Origin: Octopus sinensis
Lineage: Eukaryota
NCBI RefSeq assembly: GCF_006345805.1
Contig: NC_043024.1
Span: 16,120,001-16,184,000 of the forward strand
Direction of reading: 5' to 3'
DNA length: 64,000 bases
Each line of letters begins with the position of its first letter. Positions within the stretch are counted from its first letter, which is position 1. The notes under the pieces were generated by a model. That model ran no database searches. It saw nothing but the letters and a program-made list of their open reading frames with translations, and was not told where the DNA came from. Below are positions 1-12,984 of this stretch, piece by piece. Position numbers and translations under genes: made by a program.

Positions 1-92
1 CACATGTTGTTGAAATAAACACAAAACAAGTTAATGTTATAGCAAAGATTTTACTGTGCTTGTTTCAATAATCTTTTGCAGGTTAAGGTATA

Positions 93-485
93 CTCTTTTA
101 CTTGTTTCAGTCATTTGACTGCGGCCATGCTGGAGCACCGCCTTTAATCGAGCAAATAGACCCTGGGACTTATTCTTTTTGTAAGCCCAGTACTTATTCT
201 ATCAGGCTCTTTTGCTGAACCGCTAAGTAACGGGGACATAAACACACCAGCATCGGTTGTCAAGCAATGCTAGGGGGACAAACACGCACACACATATATA
301 TATATATATATACATATATACGACGGGCTTCTTTCAGTTTCCGTCTACCAAATCCACTCACAAAGCATTGGTCGGCCCGGGGCTATAGCAGAAGACACTT
401 GCCCAAGATGCCACGCAGTGGGACTGAATCTGGAACCATGTGGTTGGTTAGCAAGCTACTTACCACACAGCCACTCCTGCGCCTA
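93..485 (-). mobile_element. tRNA-derived SINE family A (representative copy; about 24 copies in the window)
   Basis: Head AGGAGTGGCTGTGTGGTAAG (A-box-like) ... GGTTCAGTCCC (B-box-like), core CACCTTGGGCAAGTGTCTT, internal (TA/CA)n, tail GACTGAAACAAGTAAAAGAGTA. Other approximate copies: 6085-6478+, 6812-7232-, 9604-9950+, 10598-10986-, 11568-11955-, 15270-15540-, 18925-19285-, 19625-19845+, 20785-21130-, 24890-25360+, 25450-25857-, 29235-29615-, 36389-36805+, 42610-43535- (split), 43805-44220-, 46545-46938-, 47108-47518+, 47860-48270-, 49283-49667-, 54730-55575- (split), 56020-56420-. Confidence 0.9.
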
Positions 486-922
486 TGTTTATCTTCTGCA
501 CTCATCTGAAACATCATTGAGCTTCAGATGGTGACATTTGATAACATTTTCCAGTCAACAAACTATCTGGTGGCTCTGTATTTTCGAAGATGAATGGAAT
601 GAAAACTCACTTATGTAAGCAGGTGGGGGTGGCAAGAAGGGCCATCCAACAGTAAGAGAAATGTCTCAATAATATCTAATCACCGGACCCATGCTTACAT
701 GGTAAAACAGAAGCAAAAACAAACGAATGAGTGTATGCACATCCATCTCTACAATTGTTAGAACTGTATTAGTTCAGCAAGGACTTCATCTGAGATTGCA
801 TATTGAAAGGGAAACAACTGTTTCCTGTAGTTATTTGAAATATACAGACATGTGCCACTAGGTTCACAACTGGCAGAATCATTAGTCAAAACAGTTCTCT
901 ATTTTAGAGATGAGGAATTCCA

Positions 923-1352
923 TACATTATTTACATTGGACAGATACGTGTCCTCATTTTGTTTGTTGTTACCACAACATTTCAGCTGATTTACTCTCCA
1001 GCCTTCATCAGGTGTCTTTGTAGAATTTTGTACCCAACCCTGGGTTCTCATTCCTAAGGTATTTTTTGGTGGTGGTGGTGGTATTATTATTTATTCAAGG
1101 TACTGCTTGGAATTGAACTTGGAATCTTGGGGTTAGTAACCAGCATTCTTAGCCATTATGCTATATGCCCATTAAATTCCAGGCAGTGCCTTGAGTAAAT
1201 AACATCACCAAAAAATACCTTAGGAATGAAAACCCAGGGTTGGGTTCAAAATTCTACCAGGACACCTGATGAAGGCTGGAGAGTAAATCAGCCGATGCAT
1301 TGTGATAACAACAAACAAGATGAGGACATATCCATCAAATGTAAATAATGTA
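923..1352. mobile_element. Fold-back element with about 150-bp inverted arms carrying hammerhead-like CTGATGA/GAAA motifs
   Basis: 923-1074 is the approximate reverse complement of 1203-1352. A further copy of the arm lies at about 53430-53520. Confidence 0.75.
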
Positions 1353-1602
1353 CAGAATCATTAGTGCCTTACAGTATTTCTTCTGCTTCTTTACATCCTG
1401 AGTTCAAATCCTACCAAAGTCAACTTTGCTTCTCATTTCTCCATTGCTGATAAAATAAAGGGCCAGACAAATACTGTAGTTGAAGGCATCAACTAACCTC
1501 CTCGTCAAAGTAGCTGGCCTTCTGCCTAAACAGGAAACATGTCGTAATAGCAAAATTTTACAAATTAGTTTGAACCAAAAACAAAAGAAAACAATTACTC
1601 AC

Positions 1603-1754
1603 AAAAGAATAGGGACAGTGGTTAGAAACTTTTTCGTAGCAGTGAACTGTTGACCATAGTCGATTTGCTCCCATTGTGTTTGCATTCGGGCCTTACCTTG
1701 GTCAGCAGGTTCCCATGGAGTACCTTTCGTCACATGTAATATCATAAACATCAG
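1603..1754 (-). CDS. ORMDL: ORM1-like protein, second coding exon (152 nt)
   Basis: [50 protein letters not shown] carries the ORMDL hallmark KGTP.E..DQGKAR..T.WEQ.DYG.QFT..RKFL. It has a TTACAG acceptor (1755-1760) and a GTGAGT phase-2 donor (1597-1602), and is in frame with the 174-nt exon. The final coding exon was not found in 1-1596 and is presumably left of the window. Confidence 0.95.
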
Positions 1755-2094
1755 CTGTAAAGATATATTGGAAGACACATTTTTATGACTGTTACATTTA
1801 TTTATCACAATACCCTTCACTTCATGGGACAACCCGCAGACATAACAACACACAGTTTCTACTGGCCGAATGGTTAAGAAATTTGCATTGCAAATTTTGA
1901 GATCCCGTCTGTAGTTCAACCATACTGCATGATTACTTCAGAAGGTAAATGGTTTCTAGAATAGTTTCAGGTTGTCTCAAGTTGTGTGAGTAAAATAGAA
2001 ACTTGATGAGTAAACTGTACCTGTAGTTCAGGATTACATTAAGTGCACAGGTGAATAGTCACTCCCACTGTAACGAGCTTGTAGTAGTAGTGTG

Positions 2095-2410
2095 ATGACA
2101 TATGGCTTAGTGGTCAGAGTAATCGGCTCACAATTGTAAGGTCGTGAGTTCAATTCCTGACGACATGTTGTGTCCTTGAGCAAGATATTTTGATGTTGCT
2201 CCAGTCCACTCAGCTGGCAAAAATGAGTAGTACCTGTATTTTAAAGGGCCAGCCTTGTCACACTCTGTGTCATGCTGAATCACCCCGAGTACTACGTTAA
2301 GGGTACACGTGTTTGTGGATTGCTCAGTCACTTGCATGGTAACTTCATGAGCAAGCTGTTCCATTGATCGTACCAGCTGGGACCCTCGTCGTCGTAACCG
2401 ACGGAGTGCT
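2095..2410 (+). mobile_element. tRNA-derived SINE family C (representative copy)
   Basis: TGGCTTAGTGGTCAGAGT A-box, GAGTTCAATTCC B-box and shared core TTGCTCCAGTCCACTCAGCTGGCAAAAATGAGT. Related copies near 11990-12180, 12290-12475, 24300-24620, 33430-33740, 38065-38310, 42010-42347 and 44775-45015 (all minus). Confidence 0.8.
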
Positions 2411-2691
2411 TCTGTGTTGCTTGAACAACTGGCAGAGACATTGCCCAATCCAAATTAGAGGATCACGTTATTATCATCTCACCAATATGAAAGTGAAATT
2501 TAATCGGCAATAAAAATGGGGACTCCTTCCCATTGAAATTTTAATCAAAACAATGAATGTGACAACAGAGGAGAGACAAAGGAATATTGAAATAAAAGAG
2601 GGGGACAAAAAGATGAGAAAAGAGAGAGAGGAAAAAATTTGAGATGAAAGAACAGAGAAAACAAGCTAAGTAGATGAATGTGAGTACTTAC

Positions 2692-2865
2692 GACATCATG
2701 GACGACATTGGTGAGTGTCCAGGCTATGGGCACTGAGAAAAAGGGAACACTTAACAGCATGAAGTGGACCAGAGAGATCATAATTATATAAGTGAGCCAG
2801 ATTCCTTTACTGTTCAGGTAGAAATGGGTTGGGTTCCCATCACTATGGGCTGTGCCCACATTCAT
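2692..2865 (-). CDS. ORMDL: ORM1-like sphingolipid biosynthesis regulator, first coding exon (174 nt)
   Basis: Translation MNVGTAHSDGNPTHFYLNSKGIWLTYIIMISLVHFMLLSVPFFSVPIAWTLTNVVHDV matches the ORMDL N-terminus (MNVG..HS..NP....NS.GIW...FFS.P..WTLTN..H). It ends at a GTAAGT donor (plus 2686-2691), and polypyrimidine/AG acceptors lie just upstream of the ATG. Confidence 0.95.
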
Positions 2866-2987
2866 CTTCGATGAAACTACAGATGGTCACTACATAAAGA
2901 AACAAAAACATTGATTAGTAAGTCATTTGGGATTCTTCATCGACACATTTGACATCTCTCCTTTATAATATACCCTTTCCATAATCT

Positions 2988-3203
2988 TATTTCTTCATTG
3001 CCCACAAGGGGCTAAACAAGGACAAACGGATTAAGTTGATTATATCAACCCTAGTGCATAACTGGTACTTATTTAATCGACCCTGAAAGGATAAAAGGCA
3101 AAGTCGACCTTGGCGGAATTTCAACTCAGAACGTAGCAGCAGACAAAATACCACTAAGCATTTCGCCCGGCGTGCTAACGTTTCTCCTAGCTCGCTGCCT
3201 TCA
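2988..3203 (-). mobile_element. tRNA-derived SINE family B with perfect 16-bp TSD, in the ORMDL intron
   Basis: GGC(A/G)GCGAGCT(A/G)G...GAGTT(C/G)AAATTCCGCC...GTCGACTTTGCCTTT body, flanked by ACCCTTTCCATAATCT at 2972-2987 and 3204-3219. Other copies: 4980-5175+, 13187-13413+, 40572-40987+ (dimer), 45310-45700-, 51958-52372+ (dimer). Confidence 0.88.
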
Positions 3204-3495
3204 ACCCTTTCCATAATCTGACACTGAAAACCTAAAACACCCTAAAACAAAAAAATTCCCACACATGCATATTGCAGTTAAAGAAAGGATTAGTGAAATT
3301 AATGCACATTAAATCAAATTTGGTGACAGGCATCCGTGCTAGTGGAGCGCTAAAGAGCACCATCCGAGCGTGATTGTTGCCAGAGCGGCTAACTGGCTTC
3401 CGTGCCGGTGGCATGTAAAAAGCACCATTCGATCCTAATGTTGATCATCCCATCACTTTTTACCAGGCATAGTAAATCTAAGACTACATTATTAA

Positions 3496-4025
3496 CCTCT
3501 TGACGCCAGTATTACCCAAAGCTTGCGAGACACTGCCCTGTTATTTTGTTTTTATCTAATGAGGCCACACAAGCACACAAGTGCCAACGAGCTCACGATG
3601 TTTGACGCGACGACAAGTTGGTTGCCGCAGGTGTTGACGGGCATAAATTCGCTGATGGGGGACCAAAGAGCAAATGCAGAATTTGTAATTGACTTGAAGA
3701 CATTTTGAATTATGATGCATTTTCGCTGGAGACCGTTACTTTTATAGCAGTTGCACCAATGCATATGCATGTAAAGTATGCACATGTCATTGGTCTACTG
3801 CTAGTCTCATGACTTGAACGTAACCTAAAATAGCTAAGATAATGCAAATGAACAGCGAGCACGTGCACCTCAAGAGATAAAGTACATGATAGTGAATGTA
3901 AACACACGCCAGCCGCTAAAAAGTCTATGAGAGATATAAGGCAGCTCTACATCGTATATTTACGTTAATCGTGGGTAGGCAAGCAAGAGTATGATCGCAT
4001 ATTTGCGTCAACCATTGTCAAGGGG
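3496..4025. mobile_element. piggyBac-type non-autonomous element
   Basis: TTAA on both sides (3492-3495, 4026-4029); termini CCTCTTGACG / TGTCAAGGGG (8/10 inverted match). Confidence 0.7.
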
Positions 4026-6569
4026 TTAAATATGTCCTTCTCTTTTTAAGATGTAAAAGTATATGACTTGAGAGAAATTTGATTGCTGTTTCTTGCAACC
4101 ATACATAGACTCCCTCTAGTGAGGTCACCATACTGTTTGCAAAACTAAGAAATTTGAACAACAAATAGTAATGTGGAAAAAATAGATTTCTAGGTGTGCT
4201 TCATAAAATGAAGTTAATAATTTTATTCTGTAAAGTTATTTTAATAAAATATATATTTTTTCCCTCTACGCTGTACTTCAGAAGTGTAAAGATGCCAGGT
4301 TGCTTTGAACTTCCTGGAAATAGCAACCACATTCCAATCATATCTCAGAAAAGGAAAGGACAAACAAATTAAGGGTTAACTAACAATTAGTTAAAAAGAA
4401 AAAGTTCAAGTCTGTCCTATGAGGTTATGTGGTGGCGAGAGCTTATTCTGATTTCTGTGGCATTTAAGCAATGGAGTGTACAAGACTCTTCTCACCGAAA
4501 GGATGCCAGTTCCTTGCAAGGTTAATCAGAATGTGAAATGAAGTGTATTGTCTAAGAGCATAACACACCAGTTAGTCTGAGAATCAAAACTCCCTCACAT
4601 TGCATCCTAACGTCTTAGAATAACACAGTTCTATATACATTGACTAAATATAATTTTGAAAGTGTATCTGTCTAAATAATGGAGCAATAAATACAGTCTA
4701 AATGAAAGTGGAATAGTAATGAGGTTTGGTAGATTAGAGTGACCTTAGTTAAATGTTAACAGCATCTCAGATAGGTTATGGTATTTACACAGAACCCCCC
4801 CCCCCAAAAAAAAAAACTGTTAATTATGCTATAAGAGGAAGTTATTAAGATTATGTTCTTGTCAAATGGTTACTTAAGCTTTGAAGACCAAAATTGAGCA
4901 TTTAACTACACACTTGCATCATTACTATTTGCAGTTTAAGAAGCTTGTTGCTTTTCAATAATTATTATTTGTTGGTTCCAAGGTGGTGAGCTGGCAGAAT
5001 CGTTTGCATGTTGGATGAAATGCTTAGTGGTATTTCACTCATTGCTACATTCTGAGTTCAAATTCCACTGAGGTCGACTCTGCCTTTCCTCCTTTCGGGG
5101 TCGATAAATTAAGTACCAGTGAAACACCAGTCCCGACCCAACAAACTTGAGGCCTTGTGCCTCCAGTAGAAAGGATTATTTGTTGGTTTCATCATGACTG
5201 AGTCAATAAGCAAAACTCCATACCAATCGCTGCTAACCTTAGTAGTACCAAGAACCACCCCACCTATTTTTTTTAAATGAATTTCCCCATGGACTCTAAG
5301 CTTCTGAAAGGTCCATCTATTCAGTTTTTGAACTGCTGTTGTATATAGTCACTTGCTGACATCTCTCCTTCATATTATGCCCAGCTAAAGTTTAATGTGA
5401 TCATGATTATGATAACAATATTGTTAAAACCCAGACTATACCTCTTGAAGCAGATATCTGATCATGAAATCCAGATGATGTATTCAGAACTACATTACTC
5501 CCTCTTAAGTACACAACTTGAACCTAACCACTTGTGTGTACTTAGCCGGTACATAGCAACAGCACGAATGTATGCATGCAGCTAATCACAGAAAGGCTCA
5601 TGCATGCACACAGTTTTAGATCACATTTGTTATCTTTCCTGTCAGTTTTCTGTTATCCCATACCTTGAGCCATTTATTACTTATTTAGATGTTCTGCTGT
5701 AGAATAAATCATTGATAAACCTGAACCTGAGATTCTTGAAGGTTTTGCAGGTACTTATCTGTGACGCATACTTAACCGGGAGGTTACAGTATTGTCCTTC
5801 CTATTTCAAAATAGTAGGGCTGTGAGATGAGGAAAATATGCTGCTATTTCTAGCAGATCAAGTGACAGTGTAAATGTTCCCTTATTAACTCATTAATGAT
5901 GTATCACATTGGCTCAAACACACATAACTGTAAGATAAAGGGATGGTGGTACAATCGATTAAATTGATCACCCTTGTATATAACCGGAAGTCCTTTGATT
6001 GATGTAAGAAAGATAAAAATCAAGACATACAGTGCAGACGTATAATTAGCATGGCTGTCAGAGTTCAGGAATAAAAATGCATTATAAGGAGTGGCTGTGT
6101 GGTAAGTAGCTTGTTTACCAACCACATGGCCCCGGGTTCAGTCCCACTGCGTGGTACCTTGGGCAAGTGTCTTCTACTATAGCCTCGGGCCGACCAAAGC
6201 CTTGTGAGTGGATTTGGTAGACGGAAACTGAAAGAAGCCCGTCGTATATATGTATATATATGTATGTATGTGTGTGTGTTTGTGTTTGTCCCCCTAGCAT
6301 TGATTGACAACCGATGCTGGTGTGTTTACGTCCCTGTTACTTAGTGGTTTGGCAAAACAGACCGATAGAATAAGTACTGGGCTTACAAAAGATTAAGTCC
6401 CGGGGTCGAGTTGCTCGATTAAAGGCAGTGCTCCAGCATGGCTGCAGTCAAATGACTAAAACAAGTAAAAGAGTAAAACCTTTATCTTTTAAGAAATATT
6501 GAAAATTCAAGATACACAAAGCTGCTGGATCTGTATACTACATAATTATTCAGTATAACCCCTACCAAC

Positions 6570-6800
6570 TTGAATAACAACCTTGAGGCAACAGTGGAAT
6601 CGGGAACAGACATGTTTCTTGGTCGCAGCTGACAAATCTTGGAATGCCTCCTGGCAGATGTGCTACTTGAGCACTTCCTTGCTGTGGCAGGCAGTCCTGT
6701 TGGTGACTCTCTCGATCGTACCCCAGTAAAAATATATCCAGACAACAGCAGTCTGGAGACTTAGGAGGCCACAGCCGAGTGGTTTGAACACAGAAAGTAA
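6570..6800 (-). pseudogene. Tc1/mariner transposase C-terminal fragment
   Basis: With a frameshift it reads RLWPPKSPDCCCLD / WGTIERVTNRTACHSKEVLK*HICQEAFQDL...CSRFHCCLKVVI, matching the WPPxSPDxNPLD..WG..E motif. Confidence 0.75.
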
Positions 6801-7017
6801 AAAGAACATATACTCTTTTACTTGTTTCAGTCATTTGACTGCAGCCATGCAGGAGCACCGCCTTTAATCAAGCAACTCAACCCCAGGACTTATTCTTTTG
6901 TAAGCCCAGTACTTATTCTATTGGTCTCTTTTGCCGAACTGCTAAGTAACGGGGACATAAACACACCAGCATTGGTTGTCAAGCAATGCTAGGGGGACAA
7001 ACACAGACACACACACA

Positions 7018-7065
<48 letters not shown>

Positions 7066-7989
7066 AATACGACGGGCTTCTTTCAGTTTCCGTCCACCAA
7101 ATCCACTCACAAGGCTTTGGTCGGCCCGAGGCTATAAAAGAAGACACTTGCCCAAGGTGCCACGCAGTGGGACAGAACCCAGAACCATGTGGTTGGTAAA
7201 CAAGCTACTTACCACACAGCCACTCCTGTGCCTAAATAATAATTTTTCAAAGGTATTTTGTCCTGTATGCTACCATTTGAGCCAAGTCCCCAGATACCAA
7301 CTGCCTCATCTAGATCACGCTACCTGCTGGAAAAAGCATCCAAATTTCACTCAAATCACATCCTACCATCATTCACATTTAGAGGCATTGGATATTATAA
7401 TTCTCAATACTGTAAACAAAAGATGGAATTGGTGCAACATACTTTTGGCCAAAGCAATAAGGGGGTAGGGTGTATTTGAGGGCAATTGAGCTATTATTTC
7501 TAGTAGATGAAGTGAATGCTCAGTACACATGAGAGGAAGCCATAACCTTTATTTCTAAAATATCCCTATGACCAAAACAGTAATTTCATACATATTACAT
7601 ACCTATGAATTTATTAAAGATTTTTTAAATTGTTAGCAAATGCAAGCCCTCTATTCTTTGTTATGCACTTGCAATTTGGCCATGGTATTAAAGAGGTCTC
7701 CCATGGCCAATATTGTGGCTACTTGATTAACTCAGTAAAAAGTTATATACATAAACTAAAAAATAAACTATCGCTGTTGACTTGTATGGCTTGGTAGCAT
7801 GTGCCTTGGGTTTTACTAATTGTTTAAGGTGCTACTGTAATGCTGGACAGATACCTTCTCAACCGTACCACTAATGACATCCAGAACATAGTAGTTGGAG
7901 GGGGGGGGGAGCAGAGCATCAGCATTCAGTGGTAGTCAAATGGCAGACTAGGGCAACATGACATGTTGTACAAAGCACAAGGATATAAT

Positions 7990-8290
7990 GCACTGACCTA
8001 TCAGCAATTGAACTCATAACATTGGCTTTTATGAACCTGGGAACATTATGTAGGCTAACTTGCTATTCAGCTTGTGTGCCTTATTCATCTGAAAAAACCC
8101 ACACGTTTGATACGAGGGGATGCTTCTACTTGTTCAACAGTGTCTTGGCCCTCTTCGCATGGTTTTTCTTGGACTTTTAAGTGAGCAGCTGTCCTGAGTG
8201 CATCTTGTAAGACTTATAACAAAGGCCTTCATTCAATCTCACAGACCCTCAATAAACTGCTTGGCTTTCTAGATGAAATTAGCATTTTTC
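7990..8290 (-). pseudogene. Tc1/mariner transposase central fragment (first D of the catalytic triad)
   Basis: EGLCYKSYKMHSGQLLT*KSKKNHAKRAKTLLNK*KHPLVSNVWVFSDE. May belong to the same broken element as 6570-6800. Confidence 0.65.
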
Positions 8291-9049
8291 ACCTTTTGTT
8301 TACAGTGATTATTCGTTTTCCAAGCGAGCTTAGTGGTCAACCTCAAAGTTACTGTCTTTTCACTCCTTTCTCACCCTCAGGACTGTGTACAGTGGGAGCT
8401 TTAAGTTGTCGACAATGGCCTTGTTATTCATGCTGGTGCAGAACGAGGACACGACCACCTTCCTTTCCCATTCTTCAGAGAACACAATGCAAGCAGGTAG
8501 AGGTTGTAAGAATGTACAGGAGAGGGAGAGATATGGTTAGAGATGGAGGATGGATAAGAGGGTGAATATAATGAAGAACAGATGCTGAAGGATGAAGGAG
8601 GAGATAATTGTAGAAGTTGAGCAGGGTTGGGGGGTGGATAAGGGGAGGGGGGGTTGACCACATGATATATATAAGAGGTGAGGGAAAGTAAGGAATAAAC
8701 AGACATTGCCAGAAAAGGAGAGGTGAAGTGCAGCAGAATAGTAATAATGGTAGAACAGATAGGAAAAAGGATAACAGAGAGTGAGCGAGAGATGATGTGA
8801 TTGAGGGTATTCAATGTAGAAAGTAGGTGGAGAGGATAGTGTTAAGAATGAAAGACGAATAACAAATGAAATAGTTGGTGGTAATGAAAAGGATAATGGT
8901 ATCAGGAAAAACCAGTTCTGCTCACATGTAATTACATCAGCAGAATACTGCAATTAGAGAAATGATGGCCGGTGGAAATTTCACGAGGAGGAAACTGAGC
9001 AGGGGAGTGCATAGGTTCCAGAATCTCAGTTTCATCAAGGTGAGCAGGT

Positions 9050-9540
9050 CTTCTCAAGAACAATACACGGCCAGTCATCCCAATCCTTTGTCATCTCTTC
9101 TGTGAGGTTCAAATTCCTGAAATCAGCCTCCACCACTTTGTTCCATGCATTCCTGGGTCTCCACCTTCCACATCTTTTGGCATTTCTTTATACAGCTGTC
9201 CTCATCCATACACACATGCCCAAACCAGTGCAATTTTTTTTCTTGCACACATCTGATTCCTCTTATACCCAATTTTTTTCTCAACTCATTTGTACTTTGT
9301 TGTCAATCTATACTTACGCATCCAACAGAGCAGGCTAGCTTCATCTCTTTCCAGTATCCTCATCACACAAGGACCATGTCTCATTAGCAAGCAGCATCAC
9401 TGTTCTAAAAGAAGTACCATACAATCTACCCTTTACTCCAAGAGAAAAGACTTTCATTGCCAGCATCAGTAGAATCTCCATGAACATTTTTCAACTAGTT
9501 GTTACCCTGGCTACTAGACTTTCAGAGCAACAACCCCACC
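9050..9540 (-). pseudogene. RTE-clade LINE ORF 3' fragment
   Basis: Degenerate GVKGRLY...NETWS...KLHWFGHVCMDEDSCIKKC, typical of the RTE reverse transcriptase C-terminal region. Confidence 0.7.
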
Positions 9541-12500
9541 TGCTAAACAGATCTAGTTAACAAAAGCTAGTGACCATTTTTAGTAATCCATATATGGATT
9601 ACTAAGGAGTGGCTGTGTGGTAAGTAGCTTGCTTATGAACCACATGGTTCCGGGTTCAGTCTCACTGCGTGTCACCTTGGGCAAGTGTCTTCTACTAAAG
9701 CCTTGTGAGTGGATTTGGTAGACTGAAACTGAAAGAAGCCCGTCATATATGTGTGTGTGTGTTTGTCCCCCAACATCACTTGACAACCGATGCTGGTGTG
9801 TTTACGTCCCCGTAACTTAGCAGTTCAGCAAAAGATACCGATAGAATAAGTACTAGGCTTACAAAGAATAAGTCCTGGGGTCAAATTGCTCGACTAAAAG
9901 CAGTGCTCCAGCATGGCCACAGTCAAATGACTGAAACAAGTAAAAGAGGACAAGAGAATCCATTTCTGGTGAGCTCTTAGTATGTAACGTTCCAGTGCAT
10001 CTGTCTCGTATGAAGCCTGCTTGCTCTGCAAGCAGTATTTTGTTTCAATGCTATTTTCTGTTAGAAACTAAATTTAGAGTTTAACCAACACTTCGTAGCA
10101 GCTATAAATGTCTTGTTTTTATATTCAACATTTTTGTGGAGGCACACCCAGTCAGTGTTATATCAGTTCATTTATTCATTTTTACACGTTTTTCCATGTT
10201 CCCATGGGTTAGGAGAATAGAGGCACTGTTTTACATTTGAACACCCTTCAGTCACTAACCGTTACCAGTTTTTCAAAAGTTCTCTTATTGCACATATCTT
10301 CAGAGGACACAAAACCAGCTGATGATTTGCTGTTGGTGGAAAGATCAATGTTACTGCTTGTCGGTGAACTTGTCTTGAAGAAGCACAAATGTAAACACAC
10401 ACACACACGTACATACAAGGGACTTCTTTCAGCTTCCATCTACCAAATCCCTAAGCAATGCTTTGGTTGTGAGGGGTCTATAGTAGGAAACACTTGACCA
10501 AGATACTACACAGCAATGAACCTGAAATCCAGTGGTTACGAAGCTAATTTCTTTACATAGCAATGCTTCTATGTGTGTCTGTCTGTCTATCAATCTTTTA
10601 TTCTTTTACTTGTTTCAGTCCTTTGAGTGCAGCCATGCTGGAGCACCGCCTTTAGTCGAGCAAATTGACCCCGGGACTTATTCTTTGTAAGCCCAGTACT
10701 TATTCTATCGGTTTCTTTTGCCGAACTGCTATGTGACGGGGACGTAAACACACCAGCATCGGTTGTCAAGCAATGCTAGGGGGACAAACACACACACACA
10801 CATATATATACATATATATACGACGGGCTTCTTTCAGTTTTCGTCTACCAAATATCCACTCACAAAGCTTTGGTCGGCCCGAGGCTATAGTAGAAGACTC
10901 TTGTCCAAGATGCCACGCAGTGGGACTGAACCCAGAACCATGTGGTTGGTAAGCAAGCTACTTACCACACAGCCACTCCTGCGCCTACACAACATTCTTT
11001 AACCTGTGCTAGCCTGCAGGCTGCTGGGACACCACCATTGCTGAAGTAAAAAAGACAAGGTGATTGCAGTAAGACAATGATAACACAAACACACTGAATT
11101 CCGCTGGCCCTGGTCATTACCTTCACTTATCTATACATTCACACATCATCATTTTCTAACGTCCATCCTCAATGCTGGTCATGGACTCAACAGGTTGACA
11201 GGATCCCAGGGACCCGAGACGAAGGGTTGATTAAATAAACCCCACATTTCATCAGCCCTGAAAGGATGGACGAGAGCTAAAGTAATTACATAATATTCTA
11301 TCTGACACTAGTGACTCTCCTAAGGCTCCACCACCCTCACCCCCCCACACACACCAATATTGATTTTTAACATTAATAGTACAAGGACACATATTTAGGG
11401 TGAGCTGGCAGCGGGATGGGGAGGGGGGAGGCATTGATTTAATCTTGCCAATCTGTAATATTATTTTAATAATTAATGTTATTTGTTTTATCAATACTCA
11501 GAAAGACATGAGGATAATTTGACCCAGGTCGTCTTGGACCTCACTAAACGAACTTAAGACACTACTTTTTTTTACTTGTTTCAGTCTTGTAACAGTGGCC
11601 ATACTGGAGCACCACGTTTAGTCGAGCAAATCGACCCCAGGACTTATTCTTTGTAAGCTTAGTACTTATTCTATCAGTCTCTTTTGCTGAACTGCTAAAT
11701 TGCAGGGACATAAACACACCAGCATCGGTTGTCAAGCGATGCTGGGGGGACAAACACAGACACACAAACATATACAAACACATACATATATACGACAGGC
11801 TTCTTTCAGTTTCCGTCTACCAAATCCACTCACAAGGCTTTGGTCAGCTCGAGGCTTTAGTAGAAGACACTTGCCCAAGGTGCTACGCAGTGGGACTGAA
11901 CCCAGAACCATGTGGTTCATAAGCAAGCTACTTACCACACAGCCACTCTTACACCTGTATATTTCTATTACTACTTTAGTAAAGGAAAGGCAAAGGTTAC
12001 CTTCTCGATTCATGCTGACTCATAAGGGCCGGTTTTCTGGTTTCCATGGCATATAAATTCCCTAGAACGGGACACTGGCCATTTGTAGGGTCACTCATTT
12101 TTGCCAGCTGAATGGACTGGAGCAATGTGAAATAAAGTATCTTAGTTAAGAATGCAAAGCACTGCCCAGTCTAGGAACATTTATGTGGTCATTCGGACTG
12201 CTAGAAATAGCAACAAAAATCATTAGTTTGAGGAAGTATAGGGCTGGTTACTCAGTTTTCCTAGTGACTGAGTGACCGAGATCATAACATTTCCTCCCCT
12301 GGATGGGCTGCCAGTCCCTTGCAGGGTTACTCATTTTTGCCAGCTGAGTGGACTGGAGCAACATGAAATGAAGAGACTTGTTCAAGAATACAATGCGTCG
12401 CCCAGTCTTGAAACTGAAACCACAATCTTACGACCATGTGTCCAACACCCTAACCACTAAGCCGTGCACCTCCACACTACTTTAGATTTAATTAGTTCAA

Positions 12501-12984
12501 CTACAAGTATGCTTTCTAAATCATACACAAACCATGTCATGACTTGTTTGATTAGGTCGGAAGGTTAATAACAATAATACATACACAACAGTAACATCTA
12601 TGTGGTCATTCGGACTGCTAGAAATAGCAGCAAAAGAAGCAACTTATTTCTTTCCTACTTTCTATGCATAAGTATATTCTACTTGCGGTATTGCCCCCCT
12701 GGGTGCAGTGGAAAGTTCCAAGGAGGCGTTGAAGTGGGGTGATAATGGGATGCTGATTCATGTAAAAACAACAAAATAATGGGTTCATTAGGTTAAGTTT
12801 TATTTGTGAAATACAGTTGCTCTGAATTTGCTTCAGAAAGGGGTCTACGTTTGTGATGATGGGGGTGCTAGGGATGTGGCCAAGATGTCATGGGGGCAGC
12901 AGCCCAAAAAAGTTTGGGAATCACTGAACTAGATTATGACTAGGAGATAACAGTTTACTCAGAGTAGCTGCCCTCAGCTTCCAC

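Noticed and set aside
1-1596. Third ORMDL coding exon
   Set aside because: No minus-strand frame resembling the ORMDL C-terminus (YTKYD...KLP..HGVR.FGINKY) was found; it probably lies outside the window.
10319-10345. CTGATGA...GAAA motif
   Set aside because: The intervening bases cannot form stem II and there is no stem I/III pairing; chance match.
12895-12926. hAT-like terminus AAAAAGTTTGGGAATCACTG
   Set aside because: No matching opposite TIR or TSD was found, so no element could be delimited.
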